A program made the position numbers and the translations under genes. From positions 655,243-719,242 of the forward strand of contig CAXXDU010000002.1 in the NCBI GenBank assembly GCA_963667535.2: 64,000 bases of DNA, in the 5' to 3' direction. This DNA comes from Candidatus Cloacimonadaceae bacterium (GTDB lineage: Bacteria; Cloacimonadota; Cloacimonadia; Cloacimonadales; Cloacimonadaceae). Below the pieces are notes generated by a model, which had not been told where the DNA came from, ran no database searches, and saw nothing but the letters and a program-made list of their open reading frames with translations. Shown one piece after another: positions 9,848-19,730 of this stretch; position 1 is the first letter of the stretch; every line of letters starts with the position of its first letter.

Positions 9848-10852
9848 ATGATTGAAGTAACTCATCTAACCAGGCATTTCGATACTATAACTGCGGTTAA
9901 TGATATTGCCTTTACTATTAACGAAGGCGAAATTGTCGGCTTTCTCGGACCAAACGGAGCAGGTAAAACAACTACTCTGAGAATGCTGGTCGGATATCTG
10001 CAACCGAGTTCCGGGAGTATTGTCATCATGGATAAGGATATCAATGCCGATCCGGTGGGGATTGCCCGTCAGATTGGATATTTGCCGGAGCAGAGCCCTC
10101 TTTACGATGATATGACAGTTTATGACTATCTGAAGTTCATAGCAGAAATCAGACATCTGAGCAAAGATGTTTTTGAAGAAAGATTGGACTTTGTGATAAA
10201 TAAGTGCGGACTGAGAGAAGTTATCGGTCAGACCATTCAGACTCTTTCCAAGGGTTACAGACAAAGAACAGGTTTGGCACAGGCAATCATTCATGACCCC
10301 AAAGTACTGATTCTGGACGAACCCACTTCAGGGCTTGACCCCAATCAAATTATGGAAATCAGAGAGCTTATCACTGAGCTCGGAAAAGCAAAAACTGTTA
10401 TCCTTTCCAGTCACATCATGCAGGAAGTACAAGCAGTTTGCGATAGAGTTATAATTATCAACAAAGGTAAAATTGTAGCGGATGAACTGAAAGAGGAACT
10501 GGGTAAAAACCTCAGCACGCAAACCGTTCTCACTATGGAGATAGAAGCAGAAAATCCTGACTTTAATGAATGGATGGTATTGCATCCGGAAGCGAAACTA
10601 ATAGATAGCAGCAATTCCGGTAAGCACTGGAAACTAGAATTCAGTTATCCTAGCCAGATTGACTTGCAGAGAGAGCTTTCTCAATTTGTTTCTGCAAAAC
10701 AGTGGTTAATCCTCGGAATGTATAAACAGCAACACAGTCTGGAAGAGATATTTCACTTTCTTACTACAGACACTGAGGTAATTGCCGAAGCTGTAGCAAT
10801 TCCACAAATAGAAGCGGATATTCCGGCAGAGGAGAAAGATAGCGATGCGTGA
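9848..10852 (+). CDS. gldA: ABC transporter ATP-binding protein, GldA-like
   Basis: Walker A GPNGAGKTT, signature LSKGYRQRTGLAQA, Walker B LILDEPTSGLD and the GldA-like tail LDPNQ..EIR...HIMQEV.A.CDRVIIINKGKIVAD. This is a homologue; gliding motility is not implied. Confidence 0.8.
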   Translation: MIEVTHLTRHFDTITAVNDIAFTINEGEIVGFLGPNGAGKTTTLRMLVGYLQPSSGSIVIMDKDINADPVGIARQIGYLPEQSPLYDDMTVYDYLKFIAEIRHLSKDVFEERLDFVINKCGLREVIGQTIQTLSKGYRQRTGLAQAIIHDPKVLILDEPTSGLDPNQIMEIRELITELGKAKTVILSSHIMQEVQAVCDRVIIINKGKIVADELKEELGKNLSTQTVLTMEIEAENPDFNEWMVLHPEAKLIDSSNSGKHWKLEFSYPSQIDLQRELSQFVSAKQWLILGMYKQQHSLEEIFHFLTTDTEVIAEAVAIPQIEADIPAEEKDSDA

Positions 10853-11567
10853 TATATTTATAATTGCTAAAAAGGAAATGAGAACTTACCTCAATTCTGT
10901 TTCCACCTATATAGTGTTCGTCGTTTTTCTGCTTATAAGTGGCTGGTTCTTTTCCACTCTGATGTTCAAAGCCGGGAAAGCAGAGCTGAGACAGCTTTTT
11001 ACGATTTTACATATGGTTTACCTATTCTTTATTCCTGCTTTAACTATGGGTATGGTGGCAAAAGAAAAGGCAAGTAAGACGATTGAATTGCTTGCCACAC
11101 TTCCGATTAAATTAAGGGCAATAGTCTGGGGTAAATTTGCTGCTGCCGTTGGGTTGCTTGTCATGATATTGCTTTTCACATTAGTACATTTGTTAACTGT
11201 GATGGTAATCGGTGAGAATATTGATTTCGGTTCAATCCTTTGCGGATATCTGGGTTTGACACTAATCGGAGCAGCATATTGTGCAATCGGGATTTTTGCT
11301 TCAACCTTACAAGGTAATCAGATTTTGGCTTTTATCATCGGATTTGTCATATCACTCTTCTTTTTTGTTCTTCAGTACATTATTGTGCTGATACCAACCT
11401 CACTTGCAGGATTCTTTCAGATTCTGAGCTTTGATTATCATTTACAGAATTTTCTCAGAGGTGTAATCGATACACGAGATGTAATCTATCTGGGTTCAAT
11501 CATTGTTGGCTTTATGCTCCTGGCGGAATTTATTTTGAAACTGAACAACAGGATGCAGGAGCGCTAA
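10845..11567 (+). CDS. gldF: ABC-2 type permease, GldF-like
   Basis: 240 aa with 6 hydrophobic segments. 8-nt overlap with the ATPase gene. Confidence 0.7.
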   Translation: MRDIFIIAKKEMRTYLNSVSTYIVFVVFLLISGWFFSTLMFKAGKAELRQLFTILHMVYLFFIPALTMGMVAKEKASKTIELLATLPIKLRAIVWGKFAAAVGLLVMILLFTLVHLLTVMVIGENIDFGSILCGYLGLTLIGAAYCAIGIFASTLQGNQILAFIIGFVISLFFFVLQYIIVLIPTSLAGFFQILSFDYHLQNFLRGVIDTRDVIYLGSIIVGFMLLAEFILKLNNRMQER

Positions 11568-11568
11568 G

Positions 11569-13272
11569 ATGGAAAACAAAATCATGAAGCAAATGCCCGA
11601 AACCCAGAAAAAAGCCAAAACACGTTCCATCTTTACAGGACTGATGCTGTCGATAGCTCTGTTGGTAATCCTAAATCTGCTATCTTCTTTCTTCTTCTAT
11701 AGATTGGATTTATCTAAAGGGAAGATTCATACATTAAGCAAAACCAGCAAAAATCTGGTTCGTAAACTCAATGACAACGTTGTTGTAAAAGTATATTTAT
11801 CAGGTAATCTGCCTCCGGATTATAGCACACTTGCCCGTTATACCAAAGATATTCTGGGAGAATATAAACAATACGGAGGAAACCGGTTTCGTTATGAAAT
11901 AGTCAGCACCGCTAACGAAGATGAATTCAGCGGAGATGCTACACGTAGCAACGTCTTTGCCCAACGGGTCATGATTCTGGAAAATGATCAGCAAACAGTT
12001 CGCGATATTTATATGGGCTTAGCATTTGAATATAAAGGAAACAGAGAGACTCTAAACCTGACCAAGGACATTGAAGGCAGGATGGAATATGAAATTACTG
12101 CTATTATCAGGCGATTGACCAAAGTCACTTTGCCCAAGGTAAGTGTATTTCAGGATTCTCTGTATAATGCTGAGTATTACCGCTATTTTGAACACCATAT
12201 CAACCAAAACTACAAGATTATCCCTACGGATTTGACTAATCCTGATATGTCGGCTAAAGTGCTCATTTTCCCCGGTGTGGTTGATTCGCTTTCTGCCCTT
12301 CAACTGTTCAATCTTGACCAATACATCATGCATGGTGGCAGTGTGCTGATGTTGCAGGACAGGGTCTTTGGCCTGGTGCAATATAATACTGCTGAGGAAA
12401 TCCACTCAAATCTGTTTAAGTTCATTGAACAGTATGGCGTTGAGATAAAGCCAAATCTGGTTATGGATCAATCCTGCGCACCTATTAATATGAGCCAGCG
12501 TTCAGGAATTTATGTAATAGATGTACCAATGCCTTTTCCTCCAATACCATTAATCCAGGGTATGAAATCATCAGTTATCAGCCGTGGTTTATCTGACATT
12601 CTGCTGTATCTGTGCTCAGAGATAAATCTGAAACCTCGGGTAAAGGGTATAACGATAACACCTTTGCTACAGACTTCATCCAATTCCGGTATCATGCAGG
12701 GACCTACTTTTGATATTAGCCCTGAGAAATTTTTGGGACAGAAACTGATGTCTACTCTTATGGCTCCGCCGATAACTGTTTCAGCATTGTATTCAGGCAC
12801 TTTCACAAGCTATTTTGCCAGGATACCTTCCATTGTTTCCACTCCGGGTTTCGTAGCACAGACTAATAAAAGCGAAATCATCGTAGTTACTGATTCTGAT
12901 TTTATCAGGGATTTCATTTCCAGCGCATCAAGCTCCAACCTGATGTTTCTGCTAAATGCAGTTGACTATCTGCTCAAAGATGTATCTTTGAGTGAAGTGC
13001 GTTCCAGAACCATTCTTAATAGTCCTTTGGAAATAAACCGCTGGTTGTACAGACTTGAGATTTCTCCTGACCGTATTCCGCAAATTGAACCTACTATCAA
13101 AAAAATTGTTAAAGGTATAAATCTGATTATTCCTTCTCTTCTTCTCATCCTGCTTGGAATCAGACGTTTCTTTAAACTAAAGAAAGCACGCCGTGCAATT
13201 CAGAACCGCTTCAGTATAAACAAACAGGAAGTAAAAGCAACTGAAGAGGCTGAAGAGGAGAAGCCTGCATGA
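11569..13272 (+). CDS. gldG: GldG-like ABC-transporter auxiliary protein
   Basis: N- and C-terminal TM anchors. N-terminal region FFYRLDLSKGKIHTLSKTSKNLVRKLNDNVVVKVYLSGNLP matches the ABC_transp_aux/GldG pattern. Confidence 0.7.
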   Translation: MENKIMKQMPETQKKAKTRSIFTGLMLSIALLVILNLLSSFFFYRLDLSKGKIHTLSKTSKNLVRKLNDNVVVKVYLSGNLPPDYSTLARYTKDILGEYKQYGGNRFRYEIVSTANEDEFSGDATRSNVFAQRVMILENDQQTVRDIYMGLAFEYKGNRETLNLTKDIEGRMEYEITAIIRRLTKVTLPKVSVFQDSLYNAEYYRYFEHHINQNYKIIPTDLTNPDMSAKVLIFPGVVDSLSALQLFNLDQYIMHGGSVLMLQDRVFGLVQYNTAEEIHSNLFKFIEQYGVEIKPNLVMDQSCAPINMSQRSGIYVIDVPMPFPPIPLIQGMKSSVISRGLSDILLYLCSEINLKPRVKGITITPLLQTSSNSGIMQGPTFDISPEKFLGQKLMSTLMAPPITVSALYSGTFTSYFARIPSIVSTPGFVAQTNKSEIIVVTDSDFIRDFISSASSSNLMFLLNAVDYLLKDVSLSEVRSRTILNSPLEINRWLYRLEISPDRIPQIEPTIKKIVKGINLIIPSLLLILLGIRRFFKLKKARRAIQNRFSINKQEVKATEEAEEEKPA

Positions 13273-14237
13273 AGAAAAGCCATTGGATAACCCTGATTGT
13301 GGTGGTTCTATTGGTTGGGATATACTTTATTGCCAGAAACAAACAGCCTGTAGAAAGGGAATTACGTTTCTTCAAAGCAGATTCATCTGCAATTGGAAAG
13401 CTTGAATTTATCACTACTGAAGATACTGTCATCGTTCAGAAGAAGGGAAATAGCTGGCAATTGACTTACCCACTGGTATGGGATGTAAGCGAACAGCAGC
13501 TAAGTTCCTTTTTTAGCCAGATTTTGCCAATCCAAACTTCCACGACTCCGATGTCAGAAGACAAGAATCTGCAAAGGATGTATAAAGTAGATGAAGCAGG
13601 AGCTGTGCAGGTTAAAACATATGATAAATCAGGAAAACTCATTGACCATGTCTATATAGGCAATGGGACTGAAACATCTTTTGATTATGGCAGAAAACAG
13701 GGAGATAACAAAATCTACCAATTCAAGACTAATATTACCAATGTAGTTAACCCTGATATATTTCAATGGCGCTCTCCCAATATCACCAATCTCAAGTTTC
13801 AGCAAATTGACCATATTAATGTCGAATATACTAAAAATGCATATACTCTTACTACCGTTGGTGACAGCATCAGATATACTGATAAAAAAGAGAGCTTTAT
13901 GATTCCCATCTACAACAGAGCTCAGTACAAGATCGTCAATGCTCTGGAAAACCTGATGACCTGGCAATTTATGGATAAAGATACTGAACAATATGCTAAA
14001 GCATTTCAAAATCCTGATTGCAGGATAACGGTATATCTGAAAAACAAAAGTACTAAGACTTTTTCTCTGATACATGTAAAAACTGCAGTCACTGAAATTC
14101 TTCCCAACGGACAGCCGAATGATGTGATAATTCTCATGATGATAGATAACAAACTCACTCCTCTTTACCAAATGACGGGGGATTTTATTAACAGGTTCAC
14201 TCGTTCTGCCAATCATTTTAAAGTAGAAAATGAATAA
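13269..14237 (+). CDS. DUF4340-like membrane-anchored protein
   Basis: N-terminal TM. 4-nt overlap with the gldG-like gene, the usual DUF4340 position. Confidence 0.5.
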   Translation: MKKSHWITLIVVVLLVGIYFIARNKQPVERELRFFKADSSAIGKLEFITTEDTVIVQKKGNSWQLTYPLVWDVSEQQLSSFFSQILPIQTSTTPMSEDKNLQRMYKVDEAGAVQVKTYDKSGKLIDHVYIGNGTETSFDYGRKQGDNKIYQFKTNITNVVNPDIFQWRSPNITNLKFQQIDHINVEYTKNAYTLTTVGDSIRYTDKKESFMIPIYNRAQYKIVNALENLMTWQFMDKDTEQYAKAFQNPDCRITVYLKNKSTKTFSLIHVKTAVTEILPNGQPNDVIILMMIDNKLTPLYQMTGDFINRFTRSANHFKVENE

Positions 14238-14652
14238 AACAGTCATAGTCACAAAATTAAACGAAGTTTACTATCAGGCAGCTTCTGCCTTGTGGACAAT
14301 TTCAGGAGTCGGCAATCCGGCACGGGGTGATACATTCGAAGCAGTCGAAAAGACGCTAATCAACGGTGGCCGGTTAATCCTTGTTTATGAAGATAATACA
14401 GCTATCGGCACAGTTTGGCTTACTCATGACCATCGCAGACTTTATATCCATCATATGGCAGTTCATCCTGAATATCAAAACAAAGGTTATGGCAAAATCC
14501 TGATGCAGGAAGCACTTGCTTTTGCTAAAGAACTAAAACTCCAGACCAAGCTGGAAGTTCATCCGGATAATCTACCGGCTAATAAGCTCTATGCTCAATT
14601 CGGCTTTGAAGCTTTGGATGGTTATCGCATTATGATTAAAAGGGATGTGTAA
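14230..14652 (+). CDS. GNAT family N-acetyltransferase
   Basis: Motif A region HHMAVHPEYQNKGYGKILMQEALAFA. Confidence 0.75.
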   Translation: MNKTVIVTKLNEVYYQAASALWTISGVGNPARGDTFEAVEKTLINGGRLILVYEDNTAIGTVWLTHDHRRLYIHHMAVHPEYQNKGYGKILMQEALAFAKELKLQTKLEVHPDNLPANKLYAQFGFEALDGYRIMIKRDV

Positions 14653-14654
14653 TC

Positions 14655-15740
14655 TTGCATTATCTTCCAACCCGCATTATTTATGGAGAAAGCGCAGTGT
14701 CAAATTGCTCTGCCTATATAAAGTCTTTAGGCAGGAAAGCACTTCTGATCACCGGAAAGCACTCTGCCCTTGCCTGTGGGGCACAGGCTGACATTATCTC
14801 AGTACTCAATCAGCTTCAAATTGATTGGGTTCTGTTTAATGAAGTTAAGGAAAATCCTGACTTACAGACTGTTATGGCCGGAGCTAAAGCATTTGAGGAT
14901 AATCTATGTGATTTTCTCATCGGCATTGGTGGCGGAAGTCCGATAGACGCAGCCAAAGCTATTTCATTGGTCTCTGCCAATCAGCTTGATATCGACAGCA
15001 TCTACAATACCGCAGCCTTTATAAAATCTCATCCTGTTGTTGCAATTCCCACTACTGCCGGTACAGGTACAGAAGCAACTCAATACTCAGTGCTGACTGA
15101 TGCGGTCAAACAAAAGAAAGCAGGTTTCGGGCATGACCTTGCCTATCCCGTTCTTTCACTGGTTGACCCCAAATATACACTTTCCTTATCAAAAGAAGTT
15201 ACTCTTAATACTTCAATTGATGCGCTCAGTCATCTACTGGAAGGCATTTATTCCAATAAACGTAGTCCTCTCATTTATCCCATTATTTTTGAGGGTGTGC
15301 TTCTGATTTACTCAAATCTTTCCACTGTTCTGCAAAACCTTACTGATTATCAAGGCAGGGAAGCATTGATGCGTGCCAGCTTGTATGGTGGTATTACAAT
15401 TTCTCATACCAGCACCACTCTGCAGCACTCCATTGGTTATCCCCTAACATCTGTTTATAACATTCCTCATGGACTGGCAAACGGTATCGTGATGAAAGAT
15501 ATGATGGAATTGTATTATCCTGCGATTAAGCATGAATTGGATGAACTCTTTGCTTATCTGAAGATTACTAAGCAGGAATTTTATAAATGGCTGGATTCGC
15601 TTGGGATGTCAGCTGGAATAACTGTAACAGATGATTTTATCAATGAAAAGATTCCTGAAGTACTTGCCAGCCGCAATATGGCAAATAATCCATTTGAAGT
15701 GAGTTCTGACGATATCCGCAAAATATATCTGAGTCTATGA
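14655..15740 (+). CDS. Iron-containing (group III) alcohol dehydrogenase
   Basis: GIGGGSPIDAAKA NAD-binding motif, PTTAGTGTE, and metal-binding His region HLLEG...H. TTG start. Confidence 0.8.
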   Translation: MHYLPTRIIYGESAVSNCSAYIKSLGRKALLITGKHSALACGAQADIISVLNQLQIDWVLFNEVKENPDLQTVMAGAKAFEDNLCDFLIGIGGGSPIDAAKAISLVSANQLDIDSIYNTAAFIKSHPVVAIPTTAGTGTEATQYSVLTDAVKQKKAGFGHDLAYPVLSLVDPKYTLSLSKEVTLNTSIDALSHLLEGIYSNKRSPLIYPIIFEGVLLIYSNLSTVLQNLTDYQGREALMRASLYGGITISHTSTTLQHSIGYPLTSVYNIPHGLANGIVMKDMMELYYPAIKHELDELFAYLKITKQEFYKWLDSLGMSAGITVTDDFINEKIPEVLASRNMANNPFEVSSDDIRKIYLSL

Positions 15741-15848
15741 TGAAGATAATGCTGTAATCTTTAACGATGAAATTCTAATTGACATAAAGACTTGCACTTT
15801 CCTTTTTGGACAAAATTATTTATATATCTCTGTTATTGAGAGGTGCAG

Positions 15849-16979
15849 ATGCCGATTACTGTGAAGCAAGTCACTACTAAGTCTGAAATGAAGACTTTTA
15901 TATACCTACCCGAAAAAATCCATGCCAATCATAAGGGTTGGGTTCCTCCTTTTTACTCTGATGATGCCCGTTCATTTGACCCCAAACGCAATCTGTCGCT
16001 TGGATACTGTGACCATATATTTGCCATGGCTTATGATAACGGCAAACCTGTGGGAAGAGTAGCCGGGATTATTAACCACCGTTATAACAAGAATGCCGGA
16101 GTCCAGCATGTCCGTTTTGGCTATATGGAAGTTCCTGAACGCATTGAAGTGATGGAAGCGTTGCTTGCTTATGTAGAAAAGTGGGGTAAGGACAAAGGCA
16201 TGACCAAAATCGTCGGACCTATGGGCTTTACAGAAGAAGACCCGGAAGCCTTTATCATCGAGGGTTTTGATGAAGTCACTAATCTTGCCACCAATCAGAA
16301 CTTCCCGGCTATACCCGGTTATCTGGAAAAACTCGGCTATTCCAAAGAAGTGGACTATTTCGTTTATGTTATAAATGTTAAGAATGCACTTAATGACGAT
16401 TATCACAAACTCTATAAATGGGTTAAGCGTAACAAAGATTTTCATCTGAAAGAATTCACAACCAAGAAAGAACTGTGGAAGTATATCGTCCCCATCTTTC
16501 GTCTTATGAATCAGAGCTTTATGGTGCTCTTTGGCTATTCTCCTTTTGAAGAACAGGAGATGATTGAATTCGCCGGACGCTATATGCCGGGAGTTGACCC
16601 GCGCTTTATCAAATGTGTAGTCAATAATCAGGATGAAGTTATAGGCTTTATCGTAGCTGTTCCCAATATGTCCAGCGGTATAATTAAAGCCAGAGGCAGG
16701 CTTTTCCCCTTTGGATTTATTCATATCCTAAGTGCCCGCAAACACGCTAAAAAGCTGGATATGTATATGGGTGCTGTCAAAGAAGAATACCGCAGCAAAG
16801 GCATTGATGTCCTGATGGGTTACCGTTTGCTGGAAGAATGCCGTGATGCCGGCATTGAAGTTATAGACAGTCACCATGAATTAGAGCAGAATATCGCTGT
16901 CCGTTCCGAAATGGAGCGTGGTGGTGGTAAAATATATAAAAAATACCGTATCTATCAGAAAAAACTCGTATCGGAATAG
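15849..16979 (+). CDS. Uncharacterised protein, possibly GNAT-fold acyltransferase-like
   Basis: Long clean ORF with GAGAGG 6 nt upstream of ATG 15849. The function call rests only on my recollection of similar ~380-aa proteins annotated as N-acetyltransferases. Confidence 0.45.
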   Translation: MPITVKQVTTKSEMKTFIYLPEKIHANHKGWVPPFYSDDARSFDPKRNLSLGYCDHIFAMAYDNGKPVGRVAGIINHRYNKNAGVQHVRFGYMEVPERIEVMEALLAYVEKWGKDKGMTKIVGPMGFTEEDPEAFIIEGFDEVTNLATNQNFPAIPGYLEKLGYSKEVDYFVYVINVKNALNDDYHKLYKWVKRNKDFHLKEFTTKKELWKYIVPIFRLMNQSFMVLFGYSPFEEQEMIEFAGRYMPGVDPRFIKCVVNNQDEVIGFIVAVPNMSSGIIKARGRLFPFGFIHILSARKHAKKLDMYMGAVKEEYRSKGIDVLMGYRLLEECRDAGIEVIDSHHELEQNIAVRSEMERGGGKIYKKYRIYQKKLVSE

Positions 16980-17036
16980 ACTCAGATTAGATAAATACCT
17001 GATGTAGAATTCCCACATAAGGAGTTGATAGACACT

Positions 17037-19253
17037 ATGAAAAAGCTTCTTTTTACACTTTTAGTCATCTTACTTTGTTCTCTCATTTATGCTCAAGTTG
17101 AACCTGATTGGCTCTGGGCAAATAATGCCGGATATTCATACTCTGATCAGGCTTTCGGTGTCGCCATAGACAATAACGGTAATACATATATAACAGGCAC
17201 TTATTCTGCTTATGCCAGTTTCGGCACTATTATGTTAGGGGCAATTTCAGGATTCGATATTTTCGTAGCTAAACTTGATTCTACAGGTACATGGCTTTGG
17301 GCAAAAAGTGCGGGGAGTATAAATGTAGATTGTGGCTATGGCATCTCTGTTGATGATAGTGGTAATTGTTACATAACCGGCTCTTGTTCCAATGCTACCT
17401 ATTTTGGTAGTACCACTCTTAACTGTACCGGATTAGTAGATATCTTTGTAGCCAAGCTTGATACAAATGGCAACTGGTTATGGGCTAAACGTGCGGGAGG
17501 ATCTGGTTTGAACCGCGGTCAGGGCATTGCTACAGATAGTGCCGGAAATAGTTATGTTACAGGTTATTTTGGAGGTTCAGGTAGTTTTGGTTCAATTCCG
17601 CTGACCAGTAGCGGTGATGCTGATGCCTTTGTCGCAAAGCTGGATACAAATGGCAACTGGCTTTGGGCTAATCTTGCCGGTGGAGCAGGTTCTGATTATG
17701 GATGTGGTATAACCTGCGATGAAAACGGCAATTGTTATGCTACCGGTAATTTTACAGGAATTGCAACATTTGGTACAACTACATTTACAAGTAACGGGAG
17801 CGCTGACATATATATCGCCAAATTAGATAGCAATGGCAATTGGCTGTGGGCAAATCTCGCCGGTGGAATAGGTGGAGATTATGGATGTGGTATTGCTACT
17901 GATAATGGTGGTAATTGCTATGCAACAGGCGTTTTTACAAATTCTGCTGCTTTTGGCACTACTACTCTCACTGAAACAGGGAATGGTGATATCTTTGCCA
18001 CCAAACTTGATACAACCGGCAACTGGTTATGGGCTTATCGTGCAGGAGGAACAGGTTACGAGTGTGGAAACAGTATCTCCACAAATAGCAATGGGAGCTG
18101 TTATATAACTGGATTATTTGAAGGTGCTTGCAGCTTTGGTAATACAACTCTGACTAGTGCAGGATATACAGATATTTTCATCGCTGAACTATTAAATGAT
18201 GGCAATTGGTTATGGGCTTTCCGTGCCGGTGCAAATGGGACAGACAAAGGGCAAAGCATCTTTACCGACAACAATCGAAATACTTACATATCAGGATCAT
18301 TTACTAATACTGCCACTTTTGGCAATACCTCAATTACCAGCACGTCACAAAGCGTAGATATCTTCGTTGCGAAGTTTCATAACCCGGAATTGGTAAATGA
18401 TTTATCAGCTTTATCAATACTTGGAAGTACTACTCCCGGTTTGGGTACACCCTCAGACTATGTTATCTCTGTTAAAAACCTTGGTAATGTTGCCAGTAGC
18501 GACTATATAGTGAAGCTGATGATGGAAGGGGATATTGAGCTTGATTCAGTTTTAGGTATAGCCATTGAACCGCAGGACAGTCTTGATTTTACATTGTCCT
18601 GGACTCCCGATATCAGCGGATCTGCTAACATATATGGAAAAGTTGTCTCCTCTTCTGATGAAGATTCACTCAATGATTGTACAGCAAACCTGAATGTGGT
18701 TGTACAATCAGAAGGAACAGTTACCGGTAACGTCGTTGATAATCTAAATAACCCACTTCCGGGTGTTACTGTTACTTGCGGAACAGAAAGTGCCATCACT
18801 GATTCAACAGGTGTTTATAATATTCAAATCTCTCCAGGGGTATACGATGTAATTGCCAGCTATCAAGGCTTTATACCGGCAACACAATCCGGAATTGAAA
18901 TCTTAATTGCACAAACCACCATAGTAAATTTCCAAATGTCTGTCACCATTAACGGAAACGCCAATTACCCTGTAATCAGAACAGCCCTGTATGGAAACTT
19001 CCCGAATCCCTTTAATCCCGAAAGTACCATTCGTTACAGCTTGAAAACAGCCTGCCCTGTGTCAATCACTATCTACAATTCAAAAGGAATGCTTGTGAAG
19101 ACTCTGGTTGATGAAATTAACCACAAGGGTTTTCACGAAATAGTCTGGAGAGGTGATGACAGTTATCAGCATAAAGTTGCCAGCGGTATATATTATTACA
19201 AAATGATTTCAGGTAATTATACTGAAACCAGAAAGCTTGTATTACTCAAATAA
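17037..19253 (+). CDS. SBBP beta-propeller-repeat secreted protein with CARDB-like and carboxypeptidase-regulatory-like domains and T9SS sorting domain
   Basis: About 7 repeats of ...GNWLWA.RAGG.G.D.G.GI..D..GN.Y.TG.F.G...FG...L.S.G..DIFVAKLD. GTVTGNVVDNLNNPLPGVTVTCG. C-terminus FPNPFNPESTIRYSL...ITIYNSKGMLVKTL...SGIYYYKM. Confidence 0.8.
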   Translation: MKKLLFTLLVILLCSLIYAQVEPDWLWANNAGYSYSDQAFGVAIDNNGNTYITGTYSAYASFGTIMLGAISGFDIFVAKLDSTGTWLWAKSAGSINVDCGYGISVDDSGNCYITGSCSNATYFGSTTLNCTGLVDIFVAKLDTNGNWLWAKRAGGSGLNRGQGIATDSAGNSYVTGYFGGSGSFGSIPLTSSGDADAFVAKLDTNGNWLWANLAGGAGSDYGCGITCDENGNCYATGNFTGIATFGTTTFTSNGSADIYIAKLDSNGNWLWANLAGGIGGDYGCGIATDNGGNCYATGVFTNSAAFGTTTLTETGNGDIFATKLDTTGNWLWAYRAGGTGYECGNSISTNSNGSCYITGLFEGACSFGNTTLTSAGYTDIFIAELLNDGNWLWAFRAGANGTDKGQSIFTDNNRNTYISGSFTNTATFGNTSITSTSQSVDIFVAKFHNPELVNDLSALSILGSTTPGLGTPSDYVISVKNLGNVASSDYIVKLMMEGDIELDSVLGIAIEPQDSLDFTLSWTPDISGSANIYGKVVSSSDEDSLNDCTANLNVVVQSEGTVTGNVVDNLNNPLPGVTVTCGTESAITDSTGVYNIQISPGVYDVIASYQGFIPATQSGIEILIAQTTIVNFQMSVTINGNANYPVIRTALYGNFPNPFNPESTIRYSLKTACPVSITIYNSKGMLVKTLVDEINHKGFHEIVWRGDDSYQHKVASGIYYYKMISGNYTETRKLVLLK

Positions 19254-19256
19254 ACT

Positions 19257-19715
19257 ATGTATACTATCATCAATGCTAAAGACTATCCCAACGGTCTGGA
19301 AACAGCCGTTCAATATATTCATAGCAAATGGGGCAGACCGGAGAACTATCCATTCTACTATGATGCAATTAATCATTCTTCTGAACAAGATAAACCTCTA
19401 CCCAGATTTTATCTCATGCTCAAGGAAACCGAAATTGTCGGATGCTATGCATTGCTGACCAATGACCTGATTAGTAGACAAGACCTCTATCCCTGGCTGG
19501 GATGTCTCTTTATTGAAGCAACAGAAAGAGGAAACCAACTGGGTAATTATCTTATGCAACATGGCATTGCAGAAGCGAAAAGACTTGGGTTTAAAAAGGT
19601 TTATCTGACCACAGACCATGACGGTTATTATGAAAAATATGGCTGGCAACGTATGGAAGACGGTTATGACTTTTGGGGCAACAGCACCCGCATCTATCAG
19701 ATATCATCTGACTAA
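19257..19715 (+). CDS. GNAT family N-acetyltransferase
   Basis: LFIEATERGNQLGNYLMQHGIAEAKRLGFKKVYL (acetyl-CoA binding motif A). Confidence 0.7.
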   Translation: MYTIINAKDYPNGLETAVQYIHSKWGRPENYPFYYDAINHSSEQDKPLPRFYLMLKETEIVGCYALLTNDLISRQDLYPWLGCLFIEATERGNQLGNYLMQHGIAEAKRLGFKKVYLTTDHDGYYEKYGWQRMEDGYDFWGNSTRIYQISSD

Positions 19716-19730
19716 ATCCAATCTTCAGAG

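Noticed and set aside
15972-16724. Long antisense ORFs (also 13629-14252, 9141-9665, 45908-46336, 43499-43966, 12052-12405, 9866-10294, 37738-38145, 48746-49141)
   Set aside because: They lie entirely opposite motif-bearing genes, have low-complexity or odd composition and no motifs. They are shadow ORFs.
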